Positions 41,724 through 54,169 of a stretch of 64,000 nucleotides of DNA are shown in pieces. The notes beneath the pieces were generated by a model that searched no databases, was not told where the DNA came from, and saw only the letters and a program-made list of their open reading frames with translations. How positions within the stretch are numbered: the first letter of the stretch is position 1; each line of letters starts with the position of its first letter. Position numbers and translations under genes: made by a program. This DNA is from Octopus sinensis (lineage: Eukaryota): the NCBI RefSeq assembly GCF_006345805.1, contig NC_042999.1, positions 96,844,001 through 96,908,000 of the forward strand. The letters run 5' to 3'.

Positions 41724-42002
41724 AAATTCGACCTCGGCGAAATTTGAACTCAAAAAACGTAAAGACAGACGAAATACCTATTTCTTTACTACCCACAAGG
41801 GGCCAAACACAGAGAGGACAAACAAGGACGCACAAACGGATTAAGTCGATTATATCGACCCCAGTGCGTAACTGGTACTTATTTAATCGACCCCGAAAGG
41901 ATGAAAAGCAAAGTCGACCTCGGCGGCAGACGAAATACGTAGCGGCAGACGAAATACTGCTAAGCATTTCGCGTGCTAAAATTTCTTCCAGCTCACCACC
42001 TT
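41724..42002 (-). mobile_element. Nin/Deu-domain SINE, plus an adjacent second head fragment
   Basis: Reverse strand gccgaggtcgactttgcttttcatcctttcggggtcgattaaataagtaccag resembles the Nin/Deu domain; tail ttgtcctctctgtgtttggccccttgtgggtagtaaagaaa. Confidence 0.7.
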
Positions 42003-43091
42003 AGAATGTAAACATTCATTTTAGAAATATATTTTTTATTCTTATTGCTTAAGCATTACTCCCTAAATTCCTTACTTACTGACATAGAATTTCGTAATAT
42101 TTTACTTCATAACTGTTTTTCTAATAACTTTTGTTCAATGCAACTAACGATTCTGAATTCCTGATGCATTTTTCTATCATTTAAGCCTAAGGAAAGTATA
42201 CTCTTAATTTAAGATTTTAAAACTTTTGATAATTGAAGATCGCAAATATTTTGATGTACCTTTTTTTTCTACTAAACCAAATCTCAAATTATTTATACCA
42301 AAGTGTAGCTGAGAAGGTGTCCTCTTTAAAACTATTAACAGCTTGCAATTAAGTTGAGAGAATGATATTACAGTCTGAAATTAGATGTCTTATATTAGTA
42401 GATTAATTAATAACAATTAATACTTAATACTATTATTAAAAGGACCCTTGAGCATTATATTACATATAATATATATTATTATTATTTATATTAATTAATT
42501 AATTGATTAAATTTACTAAAAACATTTAGAGTTTAAATACCCTTTTTTCCATAGTTAATTCATTTGTGTTTAGATTTTAGTATTTGGAACAACTCTTCTA
42601 AAATAAAATTCACATTTTTAACTGAAATATTATAAGCTCTAGCATAACTTATAATTTGCCATTTAACTTTATAATTTTCCTTATTATCTTTTGACATCCA
42701 TGTGAATTTACTGAGATTTGTATTACTGATTTTACGTCAATTTTTAAAGCAGGTTTCATGATTAGCGATAAGGTGTACATATTTCCGCTGTACTTCACAT
42801 CCTTATTTTTTATTATTATATTTCTTATATACATATTCCTAGTTTGAAAAAAAAAGGTAAGAAGCTTAGTGCCTCATTTTGTCATTGAATTGTGAACAAT
42901 GTAAGAGGCTTGTTGCTTCATGAATAATATAAGAGATCAATGTTTTCGGGGAAAAAAAGCGATCGGCGGGTGTCGCTTGTCCCCCCATTAATCATCATTT
43001 TCATTTTTCCTTTCATATAACACTATGTCTGTGTCCAGCCCGCAGCTTTCTATCTCTATGTGAGGCCTTTATGGCCAATATAATGAAATAA

Positions 43092-43242
43092 AGAAGCTTG
43101 CTTCCTAACCACATGGTTCCGGGTTCACTCCCTCTGCATTGCACTTTGAGCAAGTGTCTTAAATTATAGTCTCGGGTCAACCAAAGCTTTGTGAGTGGAT
43201 TTGGCAGACGGAAACTGAAAAAGCCAATCGTGTATATATATA

Positions 43243-43274
<32 letters not shown>

Positions 43275-43276
43275 GC

Positions 43277-43307
<31 letters not shown>

Positions 43308-43498
43308 TGTATGTATTTGTGTGTCTGATGTGCAAGATAACTGATGTTAGTGTGTTTATGTCCCCGTAACTTAGCGGTTCGGCAAAATTACCGATAGAAT
43401 AAGTACTAGGCTTACAAAGAATAAGTCCTAGTATCGACTTCTTCAACTAAAGGCGGTGCTCCAGCATGGAGTCAAATGACTAGTAACAGGTAAAAGAA

Positions 43499-43500
<2 letters not shown>
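43092..43500 (+). mobile_element. Family A SINE with an internal TA/TATG microsatellite and a LINE-like 3' tail
   Basis: agcttgcttcctaaccacatggttccgggttca...ctttgagcaagtgtctt head; tail ggcggtgctccagcatgg..gtcaaatgact. Confidence 0.7.
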
Positions 43501-43533
<33 letters not shown>

Positions 43534-43536
43534 AAA

Positions 43537-43856
43537 GACTCCGCCGGTTACGACGACGAGGGTCCCAGCTGATACGATCAACGGAACAGCTTGCTCGTGA
43601 AATTAACGTGCAAATGGCTGAGCATTCCACAGACACGTGTACCCTTAACGTAGTTCTCGGGGATAATCAGCGTGACACAGAGAGTGACAAGGCTGACCCT
43701 TTGAAATACAAGTACAACTCATTTTTGCCAGCTGAGTGGACTGGAGCAACGTGAAAATAAAGTGTCTTGCTCAAGGACACAACGCGTCGCCGGGAATCGA
43801 ACTCACAACCTTACGATCATGAGCCGAATGCCCTAACCACTAAGCCACGCGCCCTC
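43537..43856 (-). mobile_element. Well-preserved tRNA-derived CORE-like SINE (family B)
   Basis: Reverse strand gggcgcgTGGCTTAGTGGttagggc...gaGTTCGATTCCcggc (A and B boxes), then gtgtccttgagcaagacactt. Confidence 0.85.
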
Positions 43857-44423
43857 ACAATATATATATATATATCTACCATAATAATATTCTTGTGTTT
43901 CTCTCCGTCACAACACATGAATAATGAAGGAAGGTGTGATGGCAAACTGGTAGTGGGATGATGGAAATTCTACGGTGAAAAAAATCAAACAGCGTTTCAG
44001 CACTGTGTGAGTATATGTGTGTATATGTAAAAAGGAGAGATGTTAATGTTTGCGCGCGCATGTGTGTGTGTGCGTGTGTGTGTGCGCGTGTGTGTGTATG
44101 TCTGTGTGTCTGTCTCCGTGTGTGCAATGGGCGTGGGATAGTGAACATTCAACGCTGAAAAGAAAAATCAAACAGCGTTTCAGCTGTGTGAGTATATGTG
44201 TAATACGTGTGCGTGTACAAGGGAAGTATGTTAACGTTTATATGTATGAACCAGCGTTCTTTAAGTAACAAAAGAAGATCGATGACACATCTCAAAATAC
44301 AACCAGTAGATAACATTGAGAAGTGTAATAATTTGAATTACCATCCATATTTTATCTTCTGTCCTTATTTATATATAAAATACTACAATTAGCCGTCATT
44401 CTTGACGGCACAGGGCCAGCTGG

Positions 44424-44502
<79 letters not shown>

Positions 44503-44506
<4 letters not shown>

Positions 44507-44835
44507 GAAATGAAGAAAATGCTGACAAAATAATTTAAGTAAGGGAGAGTGTATTTAATTAGGTGAAAGTTCTTTTTACCGGTTGCGCATTTGTTATGTT
44601 TATCAAAAGATATGAGTGAGATAGAGTTCCTTTCTGATTGATTTTTTTCTCTTATCTGTTATCTCTTTTCTCTTATCAGATAAGAGAAAAAAAAAATCAA
44701 TCAGAAAGGAACTCTATCTCACTCATATCTTTTGATAAGCATAACAAATGCGCAACCGGTAAAAAGAACTTTCACCTAATTAAATACACTCTCCCTTACT
44801 TAAATTATTTTGTCAGCATTTTCTTCATTTCCTTT
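44503..44835. repeat. Near-perfect inverted repeat, ~156 bp arms, 18 nt spacer
   Basis: 44503-44658 is the reverse complement of 44677-44835 apart from one substitution and a homopolymer-length difference. Confidence 0.95.
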
Positions 44836-44888
44836 TTTTTTATATATCACAACTCATGTTCCACATCTCCTTTTTAAATATATATATT

Positions 44889-44933
<45 letters not shown>

Positions 44934-45029
44934 CGGGAAGCTTTATGAAAATAAACAAAAGACGAAGGCAGGTGGTATACAAACAAACAATTGTATTAGT
45001 ATGGCGCTCAGGAATATAAACAAAACAAG

Positions 45030-45067
45030 TCTTTTACGTTTCGAGCCTACGCTCTTCAACAGAAAGA
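45030..45067 (-). ncRNA. Minimal type I hammerhead-like motif with variant core (CUGUUGA), in a probable PLE pLTR fragment (44930-45145)
   Basis: Reverse strand UCUUU-CUGUUGA-A-GAGCguagGCUC-GAAA-CG-UA-AAAGA: 5 bp stem I, 4 bp stem II, palindromic ACGU stem III. Confidence 0.65.
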
Positions 45068-45145
45068 TACACAGAAAAGAAACACGGAAAGAAGCAAGGA
45101 GAGAAAAAAAATGCGTGCAGAAGCTAGCGAATCAACATGGCGATC

Positions 45146-45214
<69 letters not shown>

Positions 45215-45425
45215 TGGGGTTTGTTCACTTACGATCTAAACGAATAGGTACGCTAGGTAAGCCCCTTAGTTGGTCGGCCGTTAGGTTCCAAGATCACAAT
45301 AGGGCTGGATCTAGGGATCTGTTTTAGGGTTCCGTTATAGCAGGTATATATATTATATTAAAAGGAAAATCAAAACTAAGACAGAACAAGTACCTCAAGT
45401 CATTTAGAATAACTTAAGGGTAAGG

Positions 45426-45471
<46 letters not shown>

Positions 45472-45532
45472 ATATATAATATAATATATATATATATATA
45501 TATATACAGAGAGAGAGAGAGAGAGAGGAAAC

Positions 45533-45828
45533 ACCCTTCGGTCGTGAATGACCATGAAATTGTACCTAGAAAACCACCTTCCGAAGCACAAGTCCGGGCA
45601 AGGTTGTTTTGTGGAAGGCCGGCAGTCGCCCATGCATACCAGCCTTCCCCCTCCACACCAATGATGTTATCCAAGGCAAAGGCAAAGGCCGATGCAGCTT
45701 GGCACCAGTGATGTCGCAACTCATTTCTGCAGCTGAGTGAACTGGAGCAACGTGAAATAAAGCGTTTGATCAAGAACACAACACGCAGCCCAGTCCGGGA
45801 ATCGAACTCACAACCTTACGATCGTAAG
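45533..45828 (-). mobile_element. CORE-like SINE (family C), head slightly truncated
   Basis: B box gagttcgattcccgg; core shared with families B and D; distinct 3' part also present at 8048. Confidence 0.75.
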
Positions 45829-45883
45829 GAGACAAACACAGGCACAAAGACACACACACATACATATACATACATATATATAG

Positions 45884-46045
45884 GGCGGATTTCTTTCAGT
45901 TTCCATCTACCAAATCCACTCACAAAGCTTTGGCCGTCCCGAGGATATAGTAGAAGACACTTGTCCAAGGTGCCACGCAGTGGGACTGAACCCGGAATTG
46001 TGTGATTGGGAAGCAAGCTTCTTACCACAAGCTACTCCTGCGCCT
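45884..46045 (-). mobile_element. Family A SINE
   Basis: Collinear with 26709-26862. Confidence 0.75.
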
Positions 46046-46602
46046 ATACATATATGGACAAACATTACATATCCAGGTACATACATGTGTATGAACTGTA
46101 TATTAAAATTTGTACATACATGTGTATGAACTGTATATTAAAATTTGTACCCATACTTATTTGCATGCGTCCTATGTATGTACATATATCTATCTACGCT
46201 TTTGTGTAAGCGTGTATGTGTGAGCATTTATAAATATGTAAGTGTATTTAGATATCACAAATGTATATATACGCAATAGCCCTACATGCGTATATGTTTT
46301 GGGGGGCAATACACATACCCACACACTCACACGCATATATATATATATATATATGTACCCTAACATGTATCGGGTACGTATGTACGTGTAAAGGGGGACG
46401 GGGTATCTGTGAGGTAGGCGAACCCCATGACTTCAGCAGTTCTAATATCGCACATCACTGACGGAAACAGGATGTTGTGAAATAGTTTTCAAGTCGATCC
46501 ATCGAAGCATGTGTCGACTGAATGTCTGCTACACCATTCGAACTTCCTGTCTGCTAGTCCAGAAGTTAAAGTTTTTTGCCCTCACATGCAATAATCTCCC
46601 TT

Positions 46603-46659
<57 letters not shown>

Positions 46660-47102
46660 CCTCTCTTCCTCTTCCTCTCTCTCATGCCGCTAAGCATCAG
46701 ATTAATTTTCAGATTCTAGTGTGTCTCATGAACGTTTACGCATCTTCATACAAACGTCCACACAGACAGTTACATGTACGCATATATATGTGTGTGCGTG
46801 TATAAATTATTAAGGTGGTTATTCGCAATTTACAACCGAAAGGCACGAGTATAGTCGGTCACTAAAGTTACTGAAAATGCTAGTCAGCATCAACATCGCT
46901 AGAAATAAGAGTCAAAACAACTCTTAGCCACGTGAGAGCACTACTTTTGTGTATATACATACATACATATACATACATACATACATACATACATACATAC
47001 ATACATACATACATACATACGTTCATACATACATATACGTATGCATCTGTACGAAAATTATCTCGCAGACATCCTTATATATATGCACACACTGATATAC
47101 AT

Positions 47103-47163
<61 letters not shown>

Positions 47164-47389
47164 GAGAGATAGAAAGACAGACAGACAGACAGATAGACTG
47201 AGACATACAGAGAGACATGTGTACTTACAAAGTGGTTCAGAAGACCCTTAGCATTTAAATGCTAAACAAAATTTGCTTTCTGCTACAATTTTTTACGTAT
47301 ATTAATCCTATTTTTGCTGCTTTGTTGTAAATATCTTTTCTTATGTACTTTATAGACATACAAACAGACAGACAGTCCAACCGACTGAC

Positions 47390-47475
<86 letters not shown>

Positions 47476-47645
47476 ATAAATAGATAGATAGATAGATAGA
47501 TAGATGTAGACATAGATATTGATATTTATGCATATATATATAAATATGTATATATATATACATATACATACATATATGTAGATGTATATATACATACATA
47601 TATATATATATACATATATATATATACATACATACATACATACAT

Positions 47646-47678
<33 letters not shown>

Positions 47679-47821
47679 TGTATGTATGTATGTATGTATG
47701 TATGTATGAATGTATGTATGTATGTATGTATGTATGTATATGATGTAATTTGGGTCGGTAGAGTTATATGGCACTATGTACTTGCTCCTTGAGAAGTTCT
47801 AATTATTGATTCTTATCTGTA

Positions 47822-47916
47822 TTCACCTGATGAAAACGATTGTTTTTCTTTTTGCAGGATGTAACATTTCTGTTCATCAGTAAAAAAAAAATCACGTCTG
47901 AAACAGCTGTAGTGAA
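47822..47916 (+). ncRNA. Type I hammerhead ribozyme motif with an extended stem II
   Basis: UUCAC-CUGAUGA-(~66 nt imperfect hairpin)-GAAA-CAGCUG-UA-GUGAA: canonical core, 5 bp stem I, palindromic stem III, GUA triplet. Confidence 0.7.
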
Positions 47917-48350
47917 CCACAATCCATCTATTATTATTGTTTTGTATATATATAGACGATGTCTAACAAAGGAGTTTAGTAGTCGAAATCTTCTCCTACC
48001 TAAGTATGAACTCGCAGGTTGAAAGCAGATTTTTTGCCATGATATAATCCATATAATCGATCAATTCTTTCTTTAAATAAATACTGCTGAAACAGCTTTT
48101 TTGAACCTTTAAGATCTATTTGTGTTATTATTTTATGCAAACTCCATACCTGGAACCAAATTATTTTGGAGTAAAGATTTTTGCCAACATAACATGGCAG
48201 TCCTGGTTTAGGACGAATGTTGCTGTAATTTAGCTCCAGGAGACATCGTCTCCAGCTGGTTATACGGTACGATCTGTGTCCTTATATTTTCGAACAAGGG
48301 AATCTAGCATCCCCACTCAGCTCAAAAAAATATCGCGATACACAGATATT

Positions 48351-48437
<87 letters not shown>

Positions 48438-48759
48438 CCTCTATATAAAACAAACACCTGGTATTTGTTGCAACCAACTCCGAATGGTAAGCGGAAATGT
48501 GGAAATACTCTCAAGAAACGAAGGTTTCTGAAATTGATGCTCCATTAATGAAACTTAATCCGTTCTCTGATTTCACTAACCTACATCTGACTACCCATCA
48601 ATTCCTAACCTCGTTATCCAATTTCTCACTAATTCAAAACCAAAGTTTTATTCAAACCAGGACGAAAGTCAAGGAGACTGGTACTCCCAAAAAACAAAAA
48701 AATACTCAACACCATACATAGTAGGTAGTGATAATTCCATTATATGCGAACTATTATTC

Positions 48760-49200
48760 TCTTGAAACAAAATCTACCAGTAAGGACTAATATAGCTAAA
48801 GAGTTCCTTAATTTGCCAGATTATCATTCTCCACTGGAACATAAGTCTAATACGATATTAAATAGGGGAATGTGTTAAATTTAGTTAGAGATAAGCAACT
48901 CACCAACACCAAACATGCAACTATAGATTTAATGAGAATTGCCCACTAAATGTTAATTGTTTATAAATAAACAACAGATTGGCGTTCAAAAATTTATTTC
49001 TAAGCCGTCATTCACTTGTTATCTCTGATAATGATACTTTATGGCTTTGTCAAAATTTATTTAGGTTTTATAGTTAAGATGCAACGGAAGAGTAACGATA
49101 GTTTCAAGTCAAAAATTTGATATGACCTTGGTCTGAGCGACAAATTAAGAATTTTGTTTCAAAGAAGTAAAGATTTGAAAACGGAAAACAGAATTATTAG
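48760..49200 (+). pseudogene. Highly degraded Naiad-type Penelope-like element (linker and GIY-YIG remnant)
   Basis: NLPVRTNIAKEFLNLPDYHSPLEHKSNTILNR (cf. VKTNIIKDILD in the 54-55 kb element), CPLNVNCL, KIYLG. Confidence 0.55.
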
Positions 49201-49260
49201 ATCTTGTACGCATGGATCTAAATGAGTCGATTCTTCTCTGTCTTTCTTTCTACATTTTCC

Positions 49261-49312
<52 letters not shown>

Positions 49313-50682
49313 TTTCTCTCTCTCCTTCTCTCTCTCTCTCTCTTTCTCTCTCCTTCTCTCTTTTTCTGTCTTTTTCCCTTGGTCTCTTTCTCTCCCTCTT
49401 TCTGGAAGAAATTGGTTATAGTTAGACCTGAAGAGGGAGAGGTTCTGCTAGATTTAAAAGTGCCCAAGAATACCATATGTTTCAGCGGCACCCCTACATC
49501 ACCATCGGCAGTTGAGGACCCAATGTGGCGAAATATTAGATATTGAGGACCCAAGAATGACTAAATATTAGATATATGTGATTTTGATAAATATGTTATA
49601 GATACAATGAGATTATCCTCCCATAGAATTAACTACAACAAACAACTCAAAGAAAAAGGAAAAACAAATATTTTCTGTGTTTTATATGTAGAAGTGTAAA
49701 GTTAACTGAACAAGTCTGACACGAGGAAAATTATACACACACCCAACTAAATATACATTTGTTTATATAAGCAGTACTCTTGGACAATGCACTAATGTTC
49801 ATATCACCAGCCTTCGCCATTATTATTGATCATATTCATCCAATTTCCAGGAGCAAACTCGTTATTGTATCAACTAGCGTGATATTCCTTCCTGCATTTA
49901 TCAAAATGAATGAAAAACTTCGAATCGTTTGACTACTGCTATTTTTTTACGTGGAATTATGCACTAAAAGAGCTTAAAATGCAGCATCAATAACTAAGTA
50001 CCGAAAAATGAATTAAATATTAGCGACACTGGCCGACATTTTGTGGATTCCACGATAAGAAAAAATTCCAAATCTGAGAAAACGTGATTGGTTTGTGGCT
50101 TGCATTGAGGTCAATTAGTGAGCCTTGACTTTTATATAAGGTAGGAAAAAGAGAGAACGTGTTGTTGTCTGGGTTGTAGTAAAGGTTGTAAATAAGAAAT
50201 CTATATAATACACCGTGTGCTGAGATAGAGATGAAGGTCGATCGACAGGAGGGATGTAAGTGGGTCAAAATTCTGAGTACGAAGTGAACAAAAGGAAGGA
50301 AGCTAGGAACTGGAGATTGAACAACGAAAGAGCCAATGCTTCACACAATACAAAAGATAGAGGTAAGGTGTTCAAGAAAATGGAAGAAAGGGGGAGAATT
50401 GTGAATAAAAGGAGCAGGAGAAAAATTGCACCTACACTTGTAAGACCTTTTCGATATAAATGTTCTGAAATCTATCACAGCCTTGGGTTTTTATCTCATT
50501 CTGTTAATTCTTTTATATATACGCATGCTGATATATGACCTACGTTGGACTCCTCCTTCGCATAATCACCGAACCTGGAGCTTAACTATAGTCTATCCAC
50601 AGCACTTACTCAGCATTACCTGACACCTTTGCGTCTTCTTCACACCATCACCTCTCATAACCTTTATATATATATATATATA

Positions 50683-50950
50683 TATCTTATATAAAATCCG
50701 TTCTGTCTGTCTGTGTGTGTGTGTGGCTTCTAGTATCTCGGAAACCCTCCATCCGATTGCGCTCAAATTTGATATGTTGATACCGACGGTATCAGGGCGT
50801 GTATAAGTCTTGAAAAAATACAGAAATCGGTTCCAGGTAAGAATGCTATCGATAAAGCCATGGGAAATCGTTTTTCTTTGGTTGCACAATCGACTATATG
50901 GCGCTGATAGGAGTTGCCTCCCTTAACACCAAACATGCATATTTCATACA
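50683..50950 (+). mobile_element. Probable non-autonomous Helitron 5' end
   Basis: a|TCttatataaaatccgttctgtctgtctgtgtg...ccgattgcgctcaaatttg: TC start plus CTGT microsatellite, typical of invertebrate non-autonomous Helitrons. Confidence 0.5.
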
Positions 50951-51203
50951 CAGTCGATCATTTTTCTTTCTTTTTCCTTTTCAACTACTGTTGAGTGCCA
51001 AACAAATTTGCCAAACTCAATTTAGTTACCTCCTTTTACAGTCTGATGCGACGCATCCTGTGTGGATGTACTCCGGTGTCCCTGCATGGATATACTCCTT
51101 GAAGAAGTTATTCTACAGTCGAAATCAGACATCCACTTCTTTCTTTCTCATCTTCATTCTTCCATTCTTTATTTTTTCGTTCTTTCGTTCTTCCTTCTTT
51201 TGT

Positions 51204-51238
<35 letters not shown>

Positions 51239-51322
51239 TTAGAGACAAAACCACTATTTTGCAAAACAAACAAGGAAAGACTTAATCAATACATAAAATT
51301 TTAATAAAAAGTAAAAAAACCG

Positions 51323-51366
51323 CCACTACAATTGTTTCATGTCTTCAAATGACAATCTTCAGGTGG
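51323..51366 (-). ncRNA. Minimal hammerhead ribozyme in the pLTR (sense to the ORF)
   Basis: Reverse strand CCAC-CUGAAGA-uUGUCauuugaaGACAu-GAAA-CAAUUG-UA-GUGG. Confidence 0.8.
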
Positions 51367-51599
51367 ATTTCCGATCTAAAATATAAGTTTAAAAAATAAT
51401 TTTAAAATAATAAAAGTATCAATGAAAAAATATAAATATATAATCTATATATAACCTATATATAATCCATATATAATCAATATATAATCTAAAATAAACC
51501 CTATCAACAATTAAATATAAAACAAAATAAAAATAAACTATATATACACACATACGCAAACACATATAACTAAGTATATATAACCATATCTAAATACAT

Positions 51600-53900
51600 A
51601 CACTAACTCACACACCTATATATATATCCCTATACATACACATAAAAACGTCTAGGCAACGATAAATAAATAAAATAGCCAAATACTTCAACACATTACT
51701 TATTCATACTCCCTCACACACACATACAACCCACATTCATAAACAATATACATATACCCGCTCACACATACATATACATACATACAGAACTCGATATATA
51801 CACCAATATATTCACACCCACATCTATACAGATAAATAAATTACGCAAACAATCACACACACACACACACACACACATTCACACATACATAAACACTCAA
51901 AAGAAAAATAAACAATTCTTTGCACGTGGTGATCGAACGTTTTTTTTAAAAATTATGAATGGAATAATATATAATCAACGTAAATATACAGAATTTACTC
52001 CAAATCATTAATAAACCATCATGATAAATGAAACCCATATATACATATAATGATAAAACTCCCTTTACCATACACAATTATACCTATATAGCAATCTCCA
52101 TATATACATTCACACACAAATACACATACGTAAAACACACACACACAACATATACGTATACCCTCTCACATATACATATACATACGTACTAAACTCGATA
52201 TATACAACAATATGTTCACACCCACACTCATACAGATAAATAAATTACACAACCAAAATACGCACACACACACACATTCACACATACATAAACACTCAAG
52301 AGAAAAACAACATTACTACACATAATACGATATATAAAATACTTCATAAGTAACCAGAATATCATAATTAACAAGATTAACATAAGGAGAAAAAAATATA
52401 CATACTTTCAAATCAGTTTCAATTTATGAAGTGAAATTAAACTCTAGCCGTTATAACGTCAAACAAAATTACGTTACCATAGGAACCTAACATATGTATA
52501 AAAAGTCTTCGCGCTCTGTAAACGAACGTCATTTAAAATTATGAATGGAATAAATGGAATTAAAAATTCTTTGCGCGTGGTAAACGAACATTACTTAAAA
52601 ATTATGAATGGAATAATGTAATAAAATAACAAACATCTTAAATAGACATAAATTACTACAAATTCTTTAATAAAACTACCATAATAAACTAAAACTCATA
52701 AATACATATAATGATAAAACCTCCCTTTACTAAACGCTATAACATACCTATATAGCAATCCCCCTAACCTATACATTCACACACAAATACACACACGTAT
52801 ACCACACACCCACGACATATACAAATACCCACCCACTCACACATACCTATACATACGTATAAACCTCGATATATACACCAAAAATTCACTCCCACACCCA
52901 TACAGATAAATAAACATATACATCCTTAAAAATGGGTTCAATCTCACGCACATCAATCATGCATGTATACAAGTGCATACACAAGCACACACTTTTACAT
53001 AGCACCATGCACTCCCACATCTACACATGCACTTATACACGCGCACACATGCACACACACCCATGCAACATACATATTCACGGACACTCTCCTAGACATC
53101 CAAATATACGTATAAATGGCTACAAGACAATACCCAATAAAAAAACTACCATGAACAACAAACCAAGCTATAATGCATGGGGACTAAAATACTAAAAAAT
53201 TCTAAATAAAATAATCATGATAAATGAAATCCATACATACAAATATAAAGATAAAACCCCTTACCAAAACACAATACACACAAATACACACACATATATA
53301 CACACACCCACAAACATAACCATATACACACTCTCACAAACATATACATACGTACAAACCTCGATATATACACCAATATATTCATTCCCACACTCAATAA
53401 ATTATTAAATAAATACATATACAAACATAAACATATATATATATAAAATATATATATACATTCACACATATCATCACATACACATATATATAAAAAACAA
53501 GTCTTTCAAAAAAGTAAATAAATATTAATATATTTATATTTATATATGAGTGTGTACACGCAGACGGGTGCAAACACACGCACATTCAAAACATTCATGT
53601 ATACAAGTGCATAAATAATCCCACTCTATTACATAGCACTCATACACTCCCGCATCTACACTTGCACTTGTACACACGCACACATGCATACACACCCATA
53701 CCTACATATTCACGGACAATCTCCTAAATATCTATATAAACGTATATTATAACAGACAATACCCAAATAAAAACTGCCATGTTCAACATACCAAATAAAA
53801 TACAAAGGGATCGTAAACATTCACACATACATACAAAACTCAATATATACACCACTAAATACACCCAATCATCCATAATAATATATCCTCAAATATACAT
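51600..53900. repeat. Diverged internal repeat array in the 3' region of the PLE
   Basis: ctcgatatatacaccaatatattcacacccac... recurs near 51790, 52193, 52865, 53360 and 53839; aaaattatgaatggaata x3; catgtatacaagtgcata...ggaca x2. Confidence 0.8.
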
Positions 53901-54169
53901 ATAACATATACATAATAAAAATACATAATAAAATAAAATAAATAAATAAGTAAATAAAATAAAATAAATCTAATATAAATTATTAAAGTTTTAACGTACC
54001 ATAAACTGTTATATATTAATATACATTAAAAATGAACTAATTAAAACAAAGAAATATCAATTAAAGACTAACTATAATTAAAGACTAAACTACATAACTA
54101 AAGATATATAATACTCTAAACTAAATTTAATATTAAACTAAAGTAACCTTTAATAGGGAACTATTATTA

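Noticed and set aside
43780-43856. tRNA-like sequences (also 23381, 57612, 57855)
   Set aside because: A and B boxes are present, but they continue into SINE core and tail and lack a proper acceptor stem; these are SINE heads, not tRNA genes.
43975-44240. Short direct repeat (aaaatcaaacagcgtttcagc..tgtgtgagtatatgtgt) x2; also a ~34 bp tandem at 46083-46150
   Set aside because: Ordinary local duplications with no further structure.
49420-49460. tagacCTGAAGAgggag downstream of the decayed Naiad ORF
   Set aside because: Plausible half of a pLTR hammerhead, but no matching GAAA, stem III or stem I partner nearby.
51790-53870. Recurring ~30 bp motif resembling a CRISPR-like repeat-spacer array
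   Set aside because: Spacing is hundreds of bp, intervening sequences are homologous to each other, the context is eukaryotic and there are no cas genes.
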